Shown: piece by piece, positions 48,407-59,329 of the stretch | Layout: each line of letters opens with the position of its first letter | How positions within the stretch are numbered: position 1 is the first letter of the stretch | Origin: Dehalococcoidia bacterium | GTDB taxonomy: Bacteria > Chloroflexota > Dehalococcoidia > UBA2979 | Assembly: GCA_964291495.2 (NCBI GenBank) | Contig: OZ219872.1 | Location: forward strand, 704,001-768,000 | Length of the DNA: 64,000 nucleotides | Direction of reading: 5' to 3' | Translations under genes and position numbers: made by a program | The notes under the pieces: generated by a model | The model's input: only the letters and a program-made list of their open reading frames with translations | The model's database searches: none | What the model was told of the DNA's origin: nothing

Positions 48407-49222
48407 TCAGCCCTCGAGGCGGGCGGCCCAGTCGATGATGCGCTCGGCGGTTGGGCCGGACTGCTCGCGTGGGAGGAAGTGGCCCGCCGGGTAGAACCAG
48501 TGCAGCTCGGCCTCCGGGAGCACGCGCAGCAGCTCGTAGCCGTGTTCCGGAACACCGAGGCGGTCGTGTGTCCCGTAAAGGAGCAGCGTCGGCTGCGTCC
48601 ACTTCCCCCAGTAGCGCATGCGGTCCACGTCGCGCATCGCGTAGCCGTGCCAGCTGGGGCCGCTGCGCGCGCGGCTCGCGGCGTAGTACTCGCGCAGGAA
48701 GGCGTCGCCCTCCGGCGTGTCGGGGTAGTTCATGCCGGTGTAGATCGGGCCGAGCTGCGCTTTGTACTCCTCGTACTCGACGCGCTTCGGGTTGATCGCC
48801 AGGCCCGCCTGCAGCAGGCCCGGCGGCGGCGCGAAGAAGCCGGCGAGGCTGCACAGGACCAGCGCGCGCACCGCCTCCGGCTCGCGGATTGCATGCACGA
48901 AGGCGACCCACGCCCCCGAGGCGTGACCCATCGAGATCACCGGCTCGTCTCCAAACGCCGCCTCGATCACCGCCTGCAGGTCGTCGGCCGCGTCCTCCAT
49001 CGAGCAGCTGTCGGCGGTGGCCTCGCTCTCGCCCATGCCGCGCTGGTCGTAGCTGACGAGGCGGAAGTGGTCGGACAGCAGCGAATAGAACCCCGCGAAC
49101 AGCGAGGCCTTCACCGCCTGCGCCATGGAGAAGACGAGAGGCGGGCGCCCGTCGGCGTCGGCGCCCGGCGTCCAGTGCCGCTCCCAGTGCAGGCGCGCGC
49201 CGGGCGACTCCGCGAAGGGCAT
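48407..49222 (-). CDS. Alpha/beta hydrolase fold protein with atypical nucleophile elbow (GHASG)
   Basis: ATG 49222; YDQRGMGES, MGHASGA, PTLLLYGTHD, AGHF. Confidence 0.85.
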   Translation of the reverse strand: MPFAESPGARLHWERHWTPGADADGRPPLVFSMAQAVKASLFAGFYSLLSDHFRLVSYDQRGMGESEATADSCSMEDAADDLQAVIEAAFGDEPVISMGHASGAWVAFVHAIREPEAVRALVLCSLAGFFAPPPGLLQAGLAINPKRVEYEEYKAQLGPIYTGMNYPDTPEGDAFLREYYAASRARSGPSWHGYAMRDVDRMRYWGKWTQPTLLLYGTHDRLGVPEHGYELLRVLPEAELHWFYPAGHFLPREQSGPTAERIIDWAARLEG

Positions 49223-49227
49223 CGCCG

Positions 49228-50607
49228 CTACGATCCTTCCTCGGGCCAGCGCAGCGGGCCGACACGCTCGCCGAAGCGCTCGCTGAGCACCTCGAGGTAG
49301 TCGGGCGCGGGCAGCGCGCCGCCGTCGTGGATCATCGCCTCGGTATCGAGCGGCGTCGCCCAGGCGCGGCCGAAGCGGGTGCTCGGTCCGTCCGCCGCCA
49401 CACCCGCCTCGTAGAGCGCGTCGATGCGCTCGTCGGAGTAGCCGAGGACCTCGCGGAAGACCTCGCGGTTGTCGCGCCCGAGGTCGCGCGGCGGGTCGCG
49501 CAGCTCCGTTCCGCGCGCCCCGAGCACGCGCACGGGGAAGGCGCGCCCGAACGGCCGCGACCCGATCTCCGGGTCGGTGTGGCGGCAGAGTGCGTAGACG
49601 TCGCGCTCCTCGAAGTGCGGGTCGAGCAGGATGTCGCGCCCGGTCTGCACCGGCGCGGCGGCGACGCCCGCCGCCTGCAGCGCGGCAGCCACCTCGTGGC
49701 GGTCGGCCGCGGCGGCGGCGCGCACGACCTCCTCGGGCGGGTCGTCCGGGTCGGCGGGCGGATCGGGCGGGTCCGCGATGCCGAGCACGCCGCAGAGCTG
49801 CGCCCACTCCTCGGCGTCGCGGTAGCAGACGACGAGCCACTCCTCGTCGCCGGCGCAGCCGAGGATCAGGGTGGAGTAGACGCGCTCACCCGGCTGATCC
49901 GGCGGGAGCTGCGAGCCGAGCACGAAGCCGGCGCCCATCGCCATCCCGCCCTCGCGGCCGGCCATGTCGATGCGCTCGCCCTCGCCGGTCAGGCGCACCC
50001 GGCGCAGCGCCACGAGGATCGAGGTGGCCGCGCTGATGCCCGCGTACATGTCCGCGAGCGAGGTCGTCGGCAGGTACGGCGCGGGGCCCGGCTCGCCCAT
50101 CGCGTAGGCGAGTCCGGCGGCGGCGAGCATGCCGAAGGCGTTGGCCGGGGCGTTGGCGAGCGGGCCCTCCTGGCCGTAGCCGGAGAGCGAGATGTGGATC
50201 AGCCCCGGCTTGCGCTGCTTCAGCTGCTCGTACTCGAAGCCGAAGTGGCGCATCACCCGCGGCGTGTAGTTCTCCGCGAGGATGTCCGAGACGTCGAGCA
50301 GGTCGTAGAAGACCTCCTTGCCCTCGTCCGTCGTCAGGTCGACGGTGATGCCGCGCTTGTTGATGTTGCGCTCCGCCCAGTAGGCGGTGCGGGTCCACCA
50401 GTGGTTCGTCGGCCGGTTGTCCGTCGGGACAAGCCCGCGCGAGACCATGTCCATGTGGCGCGCGGCCTCGACCTTGTTCACCTCGGCGCCGAGGTCGGCG
50501 AGGATGCGCGTGATCTGCGAGCCCGCGTACTGCCCGGTCAGGTCCAGCACGCGCACGCCCGCGAGCGGCTGGTAGATCGGCTCGTCGCTCACGGTCTCGT
50601 CCGTCAT
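49228..50607 (-). CDS. Class III CoA transferase (CaiB/BaiF family)
   Basis: PLAGVRVLDL, LADLGAEVNKVE, NINKRGITVDL, ENYTP, SGYGQEGP, SLADMYAG. Confidence 0.92.
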   Translation of the reverse strand: MTDETVSDEPIYQPLAGVRVLDLTGQYAGSQITRILADLGAEVNKVEAARHMDMVSRGLVPTDNRPTNHWWTRTAYWAERNINKRGITVDLTTDEGKEVFYDLLDVSDILAENYTPRVMRHFGFEYEQLKQRKPGLIHISLSGYGQEGPLANAPANAFGMLAAAGLAYAMGEPGPAPYLPTTSLADMYAGISAATSILVALRRVRLTGEGERIDMAGREGGMAMGAGFVLGSQLPPDQPGERVYSTLILGCAGDEEWLVVCYRDAEEWAQLCGVLGIADPPDPPADPDDPPEEVVRAAAAADRHEVAAALQAAGVAAAPVQTGRDILLDPHFEERDVYALCRHTDPEIGSRPFGRAFPVRVLGARGTELRDPPRDLGRDNREVFREVLGYSDERIDALYEAGVAADGPSTRFGRAWATPLDTEAMIHDGGALPAPDYLEVLSERFGERVGPLRWPEEGS

Positions 50608-51761
50608 TGGGGCGTCTCCAGCGGCTCCAGTGGGAGCCCCTCGGCGTCGAACTCGCGGTAGCGGTAGGGCAGGCCCGGCATGCGCACGGGCTCCTCGAGG
50701 CCCGGCACGGCGACCTCGACGAGGCTCTGGCGGTGCGCCAGCTGCGTGTCCGTCAGCAGCTCCGAGGGCCGCAGCACGTAGCCGAACGGCATCCGCAGCT
50801 CGTGCGCCTTGGTCACGATCTCCTCGGCCTCGTGCGCCAGGAACCAGGGCAGGATCAGCTCGTCGAACTCGTCGGGGCGGCGGTGCCGCTCGAGGCGGTC
50901 CTGGAACAGCGGGTGCTCCTCGAGCTCCGGCTGCTCGACCAGCAGCGCCATCATCTGGATCGGCGATCCGGCCATCGCGACCATCACGTAGCCGTCCTTG
51001 CAGGGGTAGAGCCCGCCGGGATGCCCGGCGAAGTGGCGATGCATGCCGTGCCCGCGCAGGTGGATCAGCCCGAGGTGCGAGTAGAACATCGTCACCCGCT
51101 CGAGGTTGGCCGCGAGGCAGTCGGCGACCGAGACGTCGAAGTAGCGCCCCGCCGCCGGGTTGAGCAGACCGAGCAGCGCGGACTGGAAGCCGAAGACGCC
51201 GCCGACGAAGTCCGCCATCGGCACGCGCACGTGCCGCGGCGGCCCCTTCGACTGCCCGAGCGTGCTCATCGAGCCGCCGTAGGCGAGCAGCACCTCGTCC
51301 GTCGCCTGGTAGTCGGCGTACGGCCCGTCGAGGCCGAACGGCGTGCAGGAGACGGCGACGCGATCGCCGGGCAGGTCGAACAGCGCCTCACTGAGCCCGC
51401 GCTCCAGCAGCTCGTCGCGCGCGAAGCTGGAGATCACGACGTCCGCGCGGAAGATCTGGTCGTGCAGCTCGGACTGGCCCTCGTCGCTGCCGTAGTCGAG
51501 CGAGACGCTCTCCTTGCCGGCGTGCAGCGCGGCGAACATCGAGCGGCGCTCGGAGCGGCGCCAGCCGTCCGGCGTCAGATCCTCCCGCCGCAGGCGATCG
51601 CCGCCCGTCGTCGCGTCCTCGACCTTGATCACGGTCGCGCCGTGGAGGCGCAGCCAGCGCCCGCAGTAGGCCGCGGCGAGGCCCTCGCCGAGCTCGACGG
51701 CGACGACGTCCGAGAGCCGGGTGTTCTGTCCGCGAGCCTCGCCGGCCACCTGATCGCTCAC
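50604..51761 (-). CDS. Class III CoA transferase (second subunit, BbsE-like)
   Basis: AAAYCGRWL..HGATVIKVE, GDRLR, GKESVSLD, PFGLDGPY, YPCKDGYV. Confidence 0.9.
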   Translation of the reverse strand: MSDQVAGEARGQNTRLSDVVAVELGEGLAAAYCGRWLRLHGATVIKVEDATTGGDRLRREDLTPDGWRRSERRSMFAALHAGKESVSLDYGSDEGQSELHDQIFRADVVISSFARDELLERGLSEALFDLPGDRVAVSCTPFGLDGPYADYQATDEVLLAYGGSMSTLGQSKGPPRHVRVPMADFVGGVFGFQSALLGLLNPAAGRYFDVSVADCLAANLERVTMFYSHLGLIHLRGHGMHRHFAGHPGGLYPCKDGYVMVAMAGSPIQMMALLVEQPELEEHPLFQDRLERHRRPDEFDELILPWFLAHEAEEIVTKAHELRMPFGYVLRPSELLTDTQLAHRQSLVEVAVPGLEEPVRMPGLPYRYREFDAEGLPLEPLETPQ

Positions 51762-51774
51762 CTCGCCGCGCCGG

Positions 51775-52686
51775 CTAGATAATCGGACCGCGCGGGTTGA
51801 AGCGCTCGATCGCGTCGCGGAAGCGCTGGTCGCGCCGCCGGTAGGCCTCCTTCGCGCCGTGGTCGCGCCGCTCGGTGAAGAGGTTCCAGTCGTGCTCGCC
51901 GAGGCGCTGCTGCACCTGCAGCGTGTGCGACATGTTGGAGGCCGCCAGCGTCGACTCGAAGCCCAGCGTGTTGTAGGCGAGCCGCGACTGCAGCTTGTGG
52001 ATCGCGATGCCGTCGGTGGGGATCAGGCTCGCGAGGTCCGCCGCCGCCTGCGTCGTCTCCTCGAGGTCATCGAGCGGCACGACGCGGTTGATGAGGCCAC
52101 GCTCGTAGCCCTCCTCGGCGCTGATGAAGCGGCCGAGCAGCATCATCTCGGCGTAGAGCGCGGGACCGAGGCGGAGGATGCTGAAGCTGCTGCTCATCCC
52201 CGCCGCCGCGACCATGCGCGCGGGCGGGCTGCCGATGATCGTGCCCTCCGCCGCGACCAGGATGTCGCAGCCCAGCACGAACTCGAAGGCCCCGCCGAGG
52301 ACGTAGCCCTTGAGCTCGCCGATCACCGCCTTCCTCGACTGGAAGACGGCGCGCAGCACGTTGCGGCCCTCGGCGTCGACGTGGAGGCGGCGGCGCTGGG
52401 TGGGGCGGGTCTTGGTGTCCTCGCCCGGCTCCCAGTACTGCGTGCCCAGCTCCGTCACGTCGTAGCCGCTGGAGAAGCTGCGGCCCTCGCCGCGGAAGAT
52501 GATCGCCTTGACGTCCTCGTGCTCCTTGCCGTTGAGCTGCTCGAACGCCCTCGCGATCTCCAGCTCCTGGCCGGTCAGCCAGCAGTTGAGCCGCTCCGGG
52601 CGGTTGAGGACGACCTGCGCGACCGGCGCCTCCTTGATCACCTTCACGTACTGGCTCTCGTCGTCGATGTACCAGGTCTCGCTCAT
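51775..52686 (-). CDS. Enoyl-CoA hydratase/isomerase family protein
   Basis: ATG 52686; LNRPERLN, FSSGYD, GYVLGGAFEFVLGCD. Confidence 0.9.
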   Translation of the reverse strand: MSETWYIDDESQYVKVIKEAPVAQVVLNRPERLNCWLTGQELEIARAFEQLNGKEHEDVKAIIFRGEGRSFSSGYDVTELGTQYWEPGEDTKTRPTQRRRLHVDAEGRNVLRAVFQSRKAVIGELKGYVLGGAFEFVLGCDILVAAEGTIIGSPPARMVAAAGMSSSFSILRLGPALYAEMMLLGRFISAEEGYERGLINRVVPLDDLEETTQAAADLASLIPTDGIAIHKLQSRLAYNTLGFESTLAASNMSHTLQVQQRLGEHDWNLFTERRDHGAKEAYRRRDQRFRDAIERFNPRGPII

Positions 52687-52794
52687 CGCCCCGCCTGTCT
52701 CGCTGCTCATCGAGGGCGCGGCCCATCGGCCGCGCGCTCCGGGCATTCTGGCGCAGCACGGGTAACGCGGCAACGAGCGCCCTGGTGCCCCGTA

Positions 52795-53205
52795 CGCGGA
52801 GAGAGGGGACCGGACCGGCCTTCGGGGCGTTGCCCGCTCTCCCTCACCGCGGGGGGTGTGGGCGGATTCCCCCACAACGCACTGGCTCTCCCTCCGCGAG
52901 GGGAGGGACGGACCGGGCTCGAAGCGACGTTGCGCCCTCGAAATCCCGGCGGGGGCGTGGGGCTTCGCCCCCACAAAAAAAGAAATCCGAGGGCGGGTGG
53001 GTGGGCCCGAGCCGCGCGGAGCGCGTGCTCGTTCCGACTCCCGCCGGGCATGCGCCCCGAGGGCGCAACAACTCCTTGAGCCCGGAGCAGCGTCAGCGAG
53101 CCCCCTCACCCCAACCCTCTCCCCCAGGAGAGGGGGCCGGAAGGGAGCCGGAGCGCCCCGGCGAAGTTGAGCAAAAGGTCTCCTCGGGGAGAGGGAGCCG
53201 GATCG
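52795..53205. repeat. Composite repeat-rich intergenic region (BoxC-like and GGGGG(T/C)GTGGG..CCCCACA elements)
   Basis: BoxC-like unit at about 53100-53140; hairpins GGGGGGTGTGGGCGGATTCCCCCACA and GGGGGCGTGGGGCTTCGCCCCCACA. Confidence 0.8.
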
Positions 53206-53257
53206 GGCTTGTGGGAGTTCGCAAAGGTCTCCCTGGGTAGTGGCGCCGCCGTCCGCG

Positions 53258-54436
53258 CTACGAGCCGTCGCCGGAGGAGTTGCCCCCGAAGTAGGCCTCG
53301 GTGGCCGTGCGGACGCCGAGCACGCGGCGCGCGTGGATCGGCTCGCGGTTCACCCGCGCCCACTGGTTGGAGGCCTGGAGGGGCGCGACGCTGCCCTGGT
53401 AGTGCGGCATCACGTAGCGCGCCAGTAGCTCGTAGCTGCGCAGGATCTTCTCGCGCGGCGCCCAGTCCTCGACGCGCACGAGCATGCCGCCGAAGCCGCC
53501 GCTGATCTCCTGCAGCCGCTCGATCGCCTCGATCATGTCGTCGGGGGTGCCGACGATCACGCCGTGGCGCTCCATCACATACTCGAGCAGGCTGTCGTCG
53601 GACACGTCGGGCCCGGCGTGGCCGAGCGTCTTCTCGAAGTACTCGCGGGTCACGTTCCGGTGGCCGCGGCGCACGTCCTCCATCGCCTCGGCGCGGCTGT
53701 CGGCGAGGTGCACGGGGATCGAGAGCCGCCAGCCCTCGCGCGGCATCTCGTTGCCGTGCTCGGCGGCGGTCTCCTCGGCGATCGACCACAGCTCGGCCAG
53801 CGAGGTCTCGCGCACCAGCCCGCGCGGCGTACTCAGCGAGATCACGCCGGCGCCGTGCTTGCCCGCCGCCGTCACGCCCGCCGGCGTCTGCACGGAGGCG
53901 ACGACGAGCGGGATCGAGGGGTGCTGGTAGGGCCGGATCTGGAGCATCCCGTCGTTCAGCTCGAACCAGTCGCTCTTCACCGTGAACGGCTCGGTCTCCG
54001 TGAAGAGCCGCTTGATGACGCCCAGGCCCTCGTCCATCATCTCGCGCTGCCGCGCCGGGTCGACGCCCATCATGTAGGCGTCCGACGCCAGCGCCCCCGG
54101 CCCCACGCCGAGGATCACGCGCCCCCTCGTGAGGTGGTCGAGCAGCACCATGCGGTCGGCGACCATGAAGGGGTGGTGGTAGGGGATGCTGACCACGCCG
54201 GTGCCGAAGCGGATGTAGCGCGTGCGCTGGGCTGCGGCGGCGATGAACACCTCGGGGCTGGCGATCGTCTCCCAGCCCGCGCTGTGGTGCTCGCCGATGA
54301 ACGCCTCGTCGTAGCCGAGCGCGTCGAGCCACTCGAGCAGCTCGAGGTCGCGCTCGAAGGCGAGCGTCGGGTTCTCGTTGGTGGGGTGGAACGGCGCCAG
54401 GAAGACGCCGAAGGTCATGCGCTCGGGTCGGGCCAT
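53258..54436 (-). CDS. LLM class flavin-dependent oxidoreductase (LimB-like)
   Basis: FGVFLAPFH, GYDEAFIGEHHSAGWE, LDHLTRGR..GVGPGALASDA. Confidence 0.93.
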   Translation of the reverse strand: MARPERMTFGVFLAPFHPTNENPTLAFERDLELLEWLDALGYDEAFIGEHHSAGWETIASPEVFIAAAAQRTRYIRFGTGVVSIPYHHPFMVADRMVLLDHLTRGRVILGVGPGALASDAYMMGVDPARQREMMDEGLGVIKRLFTETEPFTVKSDWFELNDGMLQIRPYQHPSIPLVVASVQTPAGVTAAGKHGAGVISLSTPRGLVRETSLAELWSIAEETAAEHGNEMPREGWRLSIPVHLADSRAEAMEDVRRGHRNVTREYFEKTLGHAGPDVSDDSLLEYVMERHGVIVGTPDDMIEAIERLQEISGGFGGMLVRVEDWAPREKILRSYELLARYVMPHYQGSVAPLQASNQWARVNREPIHARRVLGVRTATEAYFGGNSSGDGS

Positions 54437-54569
54437 CTCTCGCCTCCCTCGGCTGCGCACCTTACCGCACCTCGCGCGCTACGTGACCGCCCCGGCGTTC
54501 ACATTACGCAACCGGGCCCCACGTAGATGCGGCGGCGGCTATGCTCGGCGGCACAGCAGGAGGCGCACG

Positions 54570-55766
54570 ATGGTCGACTTCACGGACACTCCCGAGCAGG
54601 CGGAATTCCGCGCGCGGGTGCGCGACTTCATCGAGGAGACCGCGACGGTCGCCGAACGCCCGGGGGACGACCCGCTCATGGAGCGGGCCGGGTCCGACTC
54701 GGAGGGCGTCACGCTGCGCTGGCGCAAGGCGCTCGCCGAGCGCGGCTGGCTGGGGCCGCACTGGCCGAAGGAGTACGGCGGCCTCGGCCTCACCGTCACC
54801 GAGCAGTTCATCCTCAACCAGGAGCTCGCCGGGCGCGTCGGGGGGATCTCCGGGCTGCTCGGCATCGCCGTGATGATGTTCGGCCCGACGCTGATCCTGA
54901 CCGGCAGCGAGGAGCAGAAGCAGCAGCACCTGCCGAAGATCCTCACGGACGAGTTCGAGTGGTGCCAGGGCTGGTCCGAGCCGAGCGCCGGCTCCGACCT
55001 CGCCTCGCTGCAGACGCGCGCCAAGCGCGACGGCGACGACTTCATCATCAGTGGGCAGAAGATCTGGACCAGCCGCGCCCACAAGGCGGACGGCATGTAC
55101 TTCATCGCCCGCACGAACCCGGACGCGCCGAAGCACCGCGGCATCTCCTTCTTCTGGATGTACATGGACCTGCCCGGCATCAGCGTGCGCCCGCTGGTCA
55201 ACCTGGCGAACCGCCACAGCTTCAACGAGGTCTTCTTCGAGGACGTGCGCATCCCCGCCGCCAACATGATCGGCGAGGAGGACCGCGGCTGGTACGCCGC
55301 CGCCACCCTGCTCGACTTCGAGCGCTCCGGCATCGGCAACTCGATCGGCGCCAGCCAGCTGGTGAATCGCATCGTCGACCTCGCGAACGAGCTGCCCGAG
55401 GAGGAGACGCATCTCAGCGAGCGTCCGATGCTGCGCGCGCAGTTCGCCGACCGCGCGATCGAGGCGGAGGTGGGAATGCTGTTCTCGTTCCGCATCATGA
55501 CGATGCAGGTGGAGGGCCTGGTCCCGAACATGGAGGCCTCGGTCGCGAAGCTGTTCAACTCGGAGATGACCCAGCGCATCGCGCAGCTGCACATGTCGCT
55601 GCTCGGTCTCTACGGCAACCTCTGGGACGAGCATCGCGAGGAGGGTCAGCACGGCGCGGCGGCGCAGCGCTACCTGCAGGCCGCCTCGTCGACGATCGGC
55701 GGCGGGACGAGCGAGATCCAGCGCAACATCATCGCCACCCGCGGCCTCGCGCTGCCCCGGGGGTAG
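54570..55766 (+). CDS. Acyl-CoA dehydrogenase family protein
   Basis: ATG 54570 with SD AGGAGG; [46 protein letters not shown]. Confidence 0.95.
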   Translation: MVDFTDTPEQAEFRARVRDFIEETATVAERPGDDPLMERAGSDSEGVTLRWRKALAERGWLGPHWPKEYGGLGLTVTEQFILNQELAGRVGGISGLLGIAVMMFGPTLILTGSEEQKQQHLPKILTDEFEWCQGWSEPSAGSDLASLQTRAKRDGDDFIISGQKIWTSRAHKADGMYFIARTNPDAPKHRGISFFWMYMDLPGISVRPLVNLANRHSFNEVFFEDVRIPAANMIGEEDRGWYAAATLLDFERSGIGNSIGASQLVNRIVDLANELPEEETHLSERPMLRAQFADRAIEAEVGMLFSFRIMTMQVEGLVPNMEASVAKLFNSEMTQRIAQLHMSLLGLYGNLWDEHREEGQHGAAAQRYLQAASSTIGGGTSEIQRNIIATRGLALPRG

Positions 55767-55827
55767 CGCCCCGCCCTCGAGGGCTCCTGCGCCCGGCGAT
55801 TTGCCTGCGCGCTACAATTGTCGCGCG

Positions 55828-57648
55828 ATGAATCTAATGCGCCGGGTCGCCGTGCTCGCCGTCCTCGGTCTGATCCTCGCGGGCTGCACGGGCGGCGGAG
55901 ATACGGAGCCCACGCCGACGCCGAGCGCGGCGACGCCCGTAGCGACGCCGACGGCCACGCCTTCGCCAACGCCCACTCCGACACGAACGCCCACCCCGAC
56001 TGCCACGCCCTCGCCTACTCCGATGCCGACCGCCACCCCGACCCCGACCCCTACCGCCTCGCCGACTTCAACACCCACGCCGACTCCCACACCGACACCA
56101 ACGCCGACGCCCACGCCCTCACCAACCCCGTCGCCCTCACCAACCCCGTCGCCCTCACCGGCAGCGAGCGCCACGCCCACTGCCACGCCCTCGCCAACGC
56201 TGGCGCCCACACCCACTCCGACACCGGTCTCGACCTACCCGGAGATCGTGTTCGTCGGCGACGTCTCGGCCGATCGGCAGGCGGTGTACCACGCTGCCAT
56301 GGAAGACGTGGTGACGTACTACGCCGACCGGTACGGAGTGCAGGCGCCGGCGTTCGCCCTATTCATCGGTACCGATGTTGAAGCTGTCCGCGCCGTCTAT
56401 CGGGAGCTCGGCGCAGCCCGTCCCGAGACGTTCGGATCGGGAGGTAGGGTCGCGCGCCTCCGTGGAGGCACTGATGCCATGTTCCTTGCTGGGTCATTCG
56501 TGAGCGGAGACGGGCCCGCGCACAAGCTCCTCATGGCTCACGAGTACTTCCACGTGTTGCAACGACACCTCAGTGAATTCGCTCCCGGGCCACCGCCATG
56601 GCTGGTCGAAGGTTCCGCTCACTACACCGCGCTCCTGTACATCTCCGATGAAGGAATCCGGCCCTATGACGTGGATCGAAGAAATGTGATTTCATTCGCG
56701 GCCGGACTGGACATCCCGTTCAGAGACTTGGACCACGACCTTGCCCATTGGCGAGAGCAATTGGGGGAGGTATACAACGCCGGCGTGCTGGCAAGTGAGT
56801 GGCTAATCAATGAGGTGGGCACGAGCGCATACATCGACTTCTGGCGACTCCTCGCAACCGAGACAACCTGGCAGGCGGCGTTCTCAGCCGCGTTCGGTAT
56901 TTCCGTCGACGAGTTTCACGACGCCTTCGAGGAGCACACGACCGATCTGTTCGCGGATCTCCAGCGGATCGAAGGTGTCGTGCTCGGGCCGGACGGAGAG
57001 CCGCTCAACGGGGTCGGTGTGGAAGCGTGGCATGGCGGAAGGGTCGGCAGTGGCACCGCCGAGACGAGGGCGCAGGGTGCATTTGCCGTCCGCGTCTGGG
57101 ATGGCACGTACCACCTGCACATATACCCGGACCGCTCGGCCCTGACCCGGTTCGCAGGCTGGTTGAAGGCGGGCGGCGGCCTGACCGCAGAATGCGACGA
57201 AGCTGCCATCGTCGCCGTCGAAGGCGCCGACGTCACAGGTATCGTCATCAGGCTCCCGGCCGGCTGGGACGAGAACCTTCCCACGCTGGCGTCCACCCAA
57301 TGGGCCTGTGTCGCCCTGCCGAAGGTTCGCGGCGCCGTCCTCGGCCCCGATGGAGCACCGGCCGAACGGATCGGCCTGTGGTTGTGGGGCGGATCGAACG
57401 ACAACAGCAAGTTCGCGGGGAACGCCCCCGACGGCACATTCGATCTCGCGCACCAGAACGGCACCTTCGTCCTCAGGGTGTACGTCTGGCGCGATGCCGC
57501 CTGGGATCACATCGGTTGGTACGGCGGCGACACCAGCTTCACGACCGACTTGGCGCAGGCCACCAGGATCGAGGTGGACGATGCGAACGTGACCGGCATC
57601 GAGATCCGCCTCCCCGCCGACCCCGCCGACCTGCCAACCATCGAGTAG
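55828..57648 (+). CDS. Lipoprotein with Pro/Thr stalk, HEXXH domain and two C-terminal beta-sandwich-like repeats
   Basis: Lipobox LAGC, PT stalk, AHEYFHVLQ...WLVEGSAHY, repeats starting EGVVLGPDG and RGAVLGPDG. Confidence 0.85.
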   Translation: MNLMRRVAVLAVLGLILAGCTGGGDTEPTPTPSAATPVATPTATPSPTPTPTRTPTPTATPSPTPMPTATPTPTPTASPTSTPTPTPTPTPTPTPTPSPTPSPSPTPSPSPAASATPTATPSPTLAPTPTPTPVSTYPEIVFVGDVSADRQAVYHAAMEDVVTYYADRYGVQAPAFALFIGTDVEAVRAVYRELGAARPETFGSGGRVARLRGGTDAMFLAGSFVSGDGPAHKLLMAHEYFHVLQRHLSEFAPGPPPWLVEGSAHYTALLYISDEGIRPYDVDRRNVISFAAGLDIPFRDLDHDLAHWREQLGEVYNAGVLASEWLINEVGTSAYIDFWRLLATETTWQAAFSAAFGISVDEFHDAFEEHTTDLFADLQRIEGVVLGPDGEPLNGVGVEAWHGGRVGSGTAETRAQGAFAVRVWDGTYHLHIYPDRSALTRFAGWLKAGGGLTAECDEAAIVAVEGADVTGIVIRLPAGWDENLPTLASTQWACVALPKVRGAVLGPDGAPAERIGLWLWGGSNDNSKFAGNAPDGTFDLAHQNGTFVLRVYVWRDAAWDHIGWYGGDTSFTTDLAQATRIEVDDANVTGIEIRLPADPADLPTIE

Positions 57649-57732
57649 CACACGCCCCCTCCCGCGACGCGCTACCCTGCCCACGCCCCACCGAGGGCGC
57701 ACGAGGGCGCGCGGACGCGGAGGAGCGGCGCG

Positions 57733-59304
57733 ATGGTCTGGCAGGACAGGCTCGACGAGATCAAGCAACGCACCGAGCTGGCGCGCGCCGGCGGCGAGCC
57801 CGACCGCATCGAGCGCCAGCACGCGCGCGGCCAGCACACGATCCGCGAGCGCCTCGACATCCTGCTCGACGACGGCTCCTTCCACGAGGTCGGCGCCCTC
57901 GCAGGCGCGGGGCTCTACGAGGACGGCCGCCTCACGGACTTCACCCCCGCGCCCTACGTCATGGGCCTCGGCAAGATCGACGGGCGGCATGTCGCGATCG
58001 GCGGCGAGGACTTCACGATCCGCGGCGGCTCCGCCAAGCACTTCCACCAGCGCGTCAAGGGCGGCGACGTCGGCGGCTTCCCCGAGGAGCTCGCCCGCGA
58101 GTACCTGATCCCGCTCGTCCTGCTGATCGAGGGCGGCGGCGGCAACGTCCAGCGCATCGCCTCGGAGGGCGCGCCGCCGCTCTTCGCCGGCAACCACCAG
58201 TTCATGCCCGCCGTCGAGGCGATGATGTACGTCCCGGTCGTCGGCGCGGTGCTCGGCTTCGCCGCCGGCGGCCCGGCCGGCCGCTCCCAGCTCGTGCACT
58301 GGAGCGTGATGACGAAGGAGACGTCCGCCGTCTTCGCCGCCGGGCCGCCGGTCGTGCGGCGGGCGATGGGCCAGGAGCTGACACCTCGCGAGCTCGGTGG
58401 CCCGCAGATCCACGTCCGCGAGTCCGGCTGCATCGACAACGAGGCGGCCGACGAGGAGGACGCCTTCCGCCAGATCAAGGCGTTCCTCTCCTACATGCCC
58501 TCCAACGTCTTCGAGCTGCCACCCGTCGCCGAGTTCAACGACGCGCCGCCCGACCCCGGGCCGATCGCCGACATCGTGCCGCGCGACCGGCGGCGCCCCT
58601 ACCAGATGCACAAGATCCTGCAGGCGACGCTGGACCGCGGCTCGATCTTCGAGATCAAGCCGCACTACGGGCTGAGCCTGATCACGGCGCTCGCGCGCGT
58701 GAACGGGCACCCGGTCGGCGTGATCGCCAACAACCCGCTGGCCTACGGGGGCGCCCTCGACGGCGACGGGGCGGAGAAGCAGGCGCACTTCATCGACATG
58801 TGCGACTACTTCCATATCCCGCTCGTCTTCTTCGTCGACGTGCCCGGCTTCGCCGTCGGCCCCGAGGCGGAGCGCGCGGCGACCCTCAAGCGCGGCATCC
58901 GCGCCGCCTGGGCGGGGATGCAGGCGACCGTGCCCGCGCTGTCGATCGTCGTGCGCAAGTGCTACGGCATGGCCGGCATGATCCCCGGCGACTCGCGGCT
59001 GCGCTACAAGGTCGCCTGGCCGAGCGCGGACTGGGGCATCCTGCCCATCGAGGGCGGCGTCGAGGCCGCCTACCGCCGTGAGATCGAGGCCTCGCCAGAC
59101 CCGGACGCGCGCCGCCGCGAGCTGGAGGACGAGTTCGCGGAGATGAGCAACATCTTCCGCACCGCCGAGGCCTTCGGCGTCGAGGAGATCATCGACCCCC
59201 TGGAGACGCGCACGCACCTCGAGCGCTTCGTCGAGCACGCCTACCGCGTGCTCCCGCACGAGCTGGCCGACGGCCCGAAGTCGCGCCCCGGCGTGCGGCC
59301 GTAG
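57733..59304 (+). CDS. Acyl-CoA carboxylase carboxyltransferase (PccB-like), copy 1
   Basis: [40 protein letters not shown]. Confidence 0.92.
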   Translation: MVWQDRLDEIKQRTELARAGGEPDRIERQHARGQHTIRERLDILLDDGSFHEVGALAGAGLYEDGRLTDFTPAPYVMGLGKIDGRHVAIGGEDFTIRGGSAKHFHQRVKGGDVGGFPEELAREYLIPLVLLIEGGGGNVQRIASEGAPPLFAGNHQFMPAVEAMMYVPVVGAVLGFAAGGPAGRSQLVHWSVMTKETSAVFAAGPPVVRRAMGQELTPRELGGPQIHVRESGCIDNEAADEEDAFRQIKAFLSYMPSNVFELPPVAEFNDAPPDPGPIADIVPRDRRRPYQMHKILQATLDRGSIFEIKPHYGLSLITALARVNGHPVGVIANNPLAYGGALDGDGAEKQAHFIDMCDYFHIPLVFFVDVPGFAVGPEAERAATLKRGIRAAWAGMQATVPALSIVVRKCYGMAGMIPGDSRLRYKVAWPSADWGILPIEGGVEAAYRREIEASPDPDARRRELEDEFAEMSNIFRTAEAFGVEEIIDPLETRTHLERFVEHAYRVLPHELADGPKSRPGVRP

Positions 59305-59329
59305 GGGCCTCGAGGGCGAGGAGCGGCGC

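Noticed and set aside
52950-53010. Intrinsic terminator at the A-tract
   Set aside because: The strong hairpin lies on the wrong side of the A/T tract for either strand; it looks like part of a repeat element.
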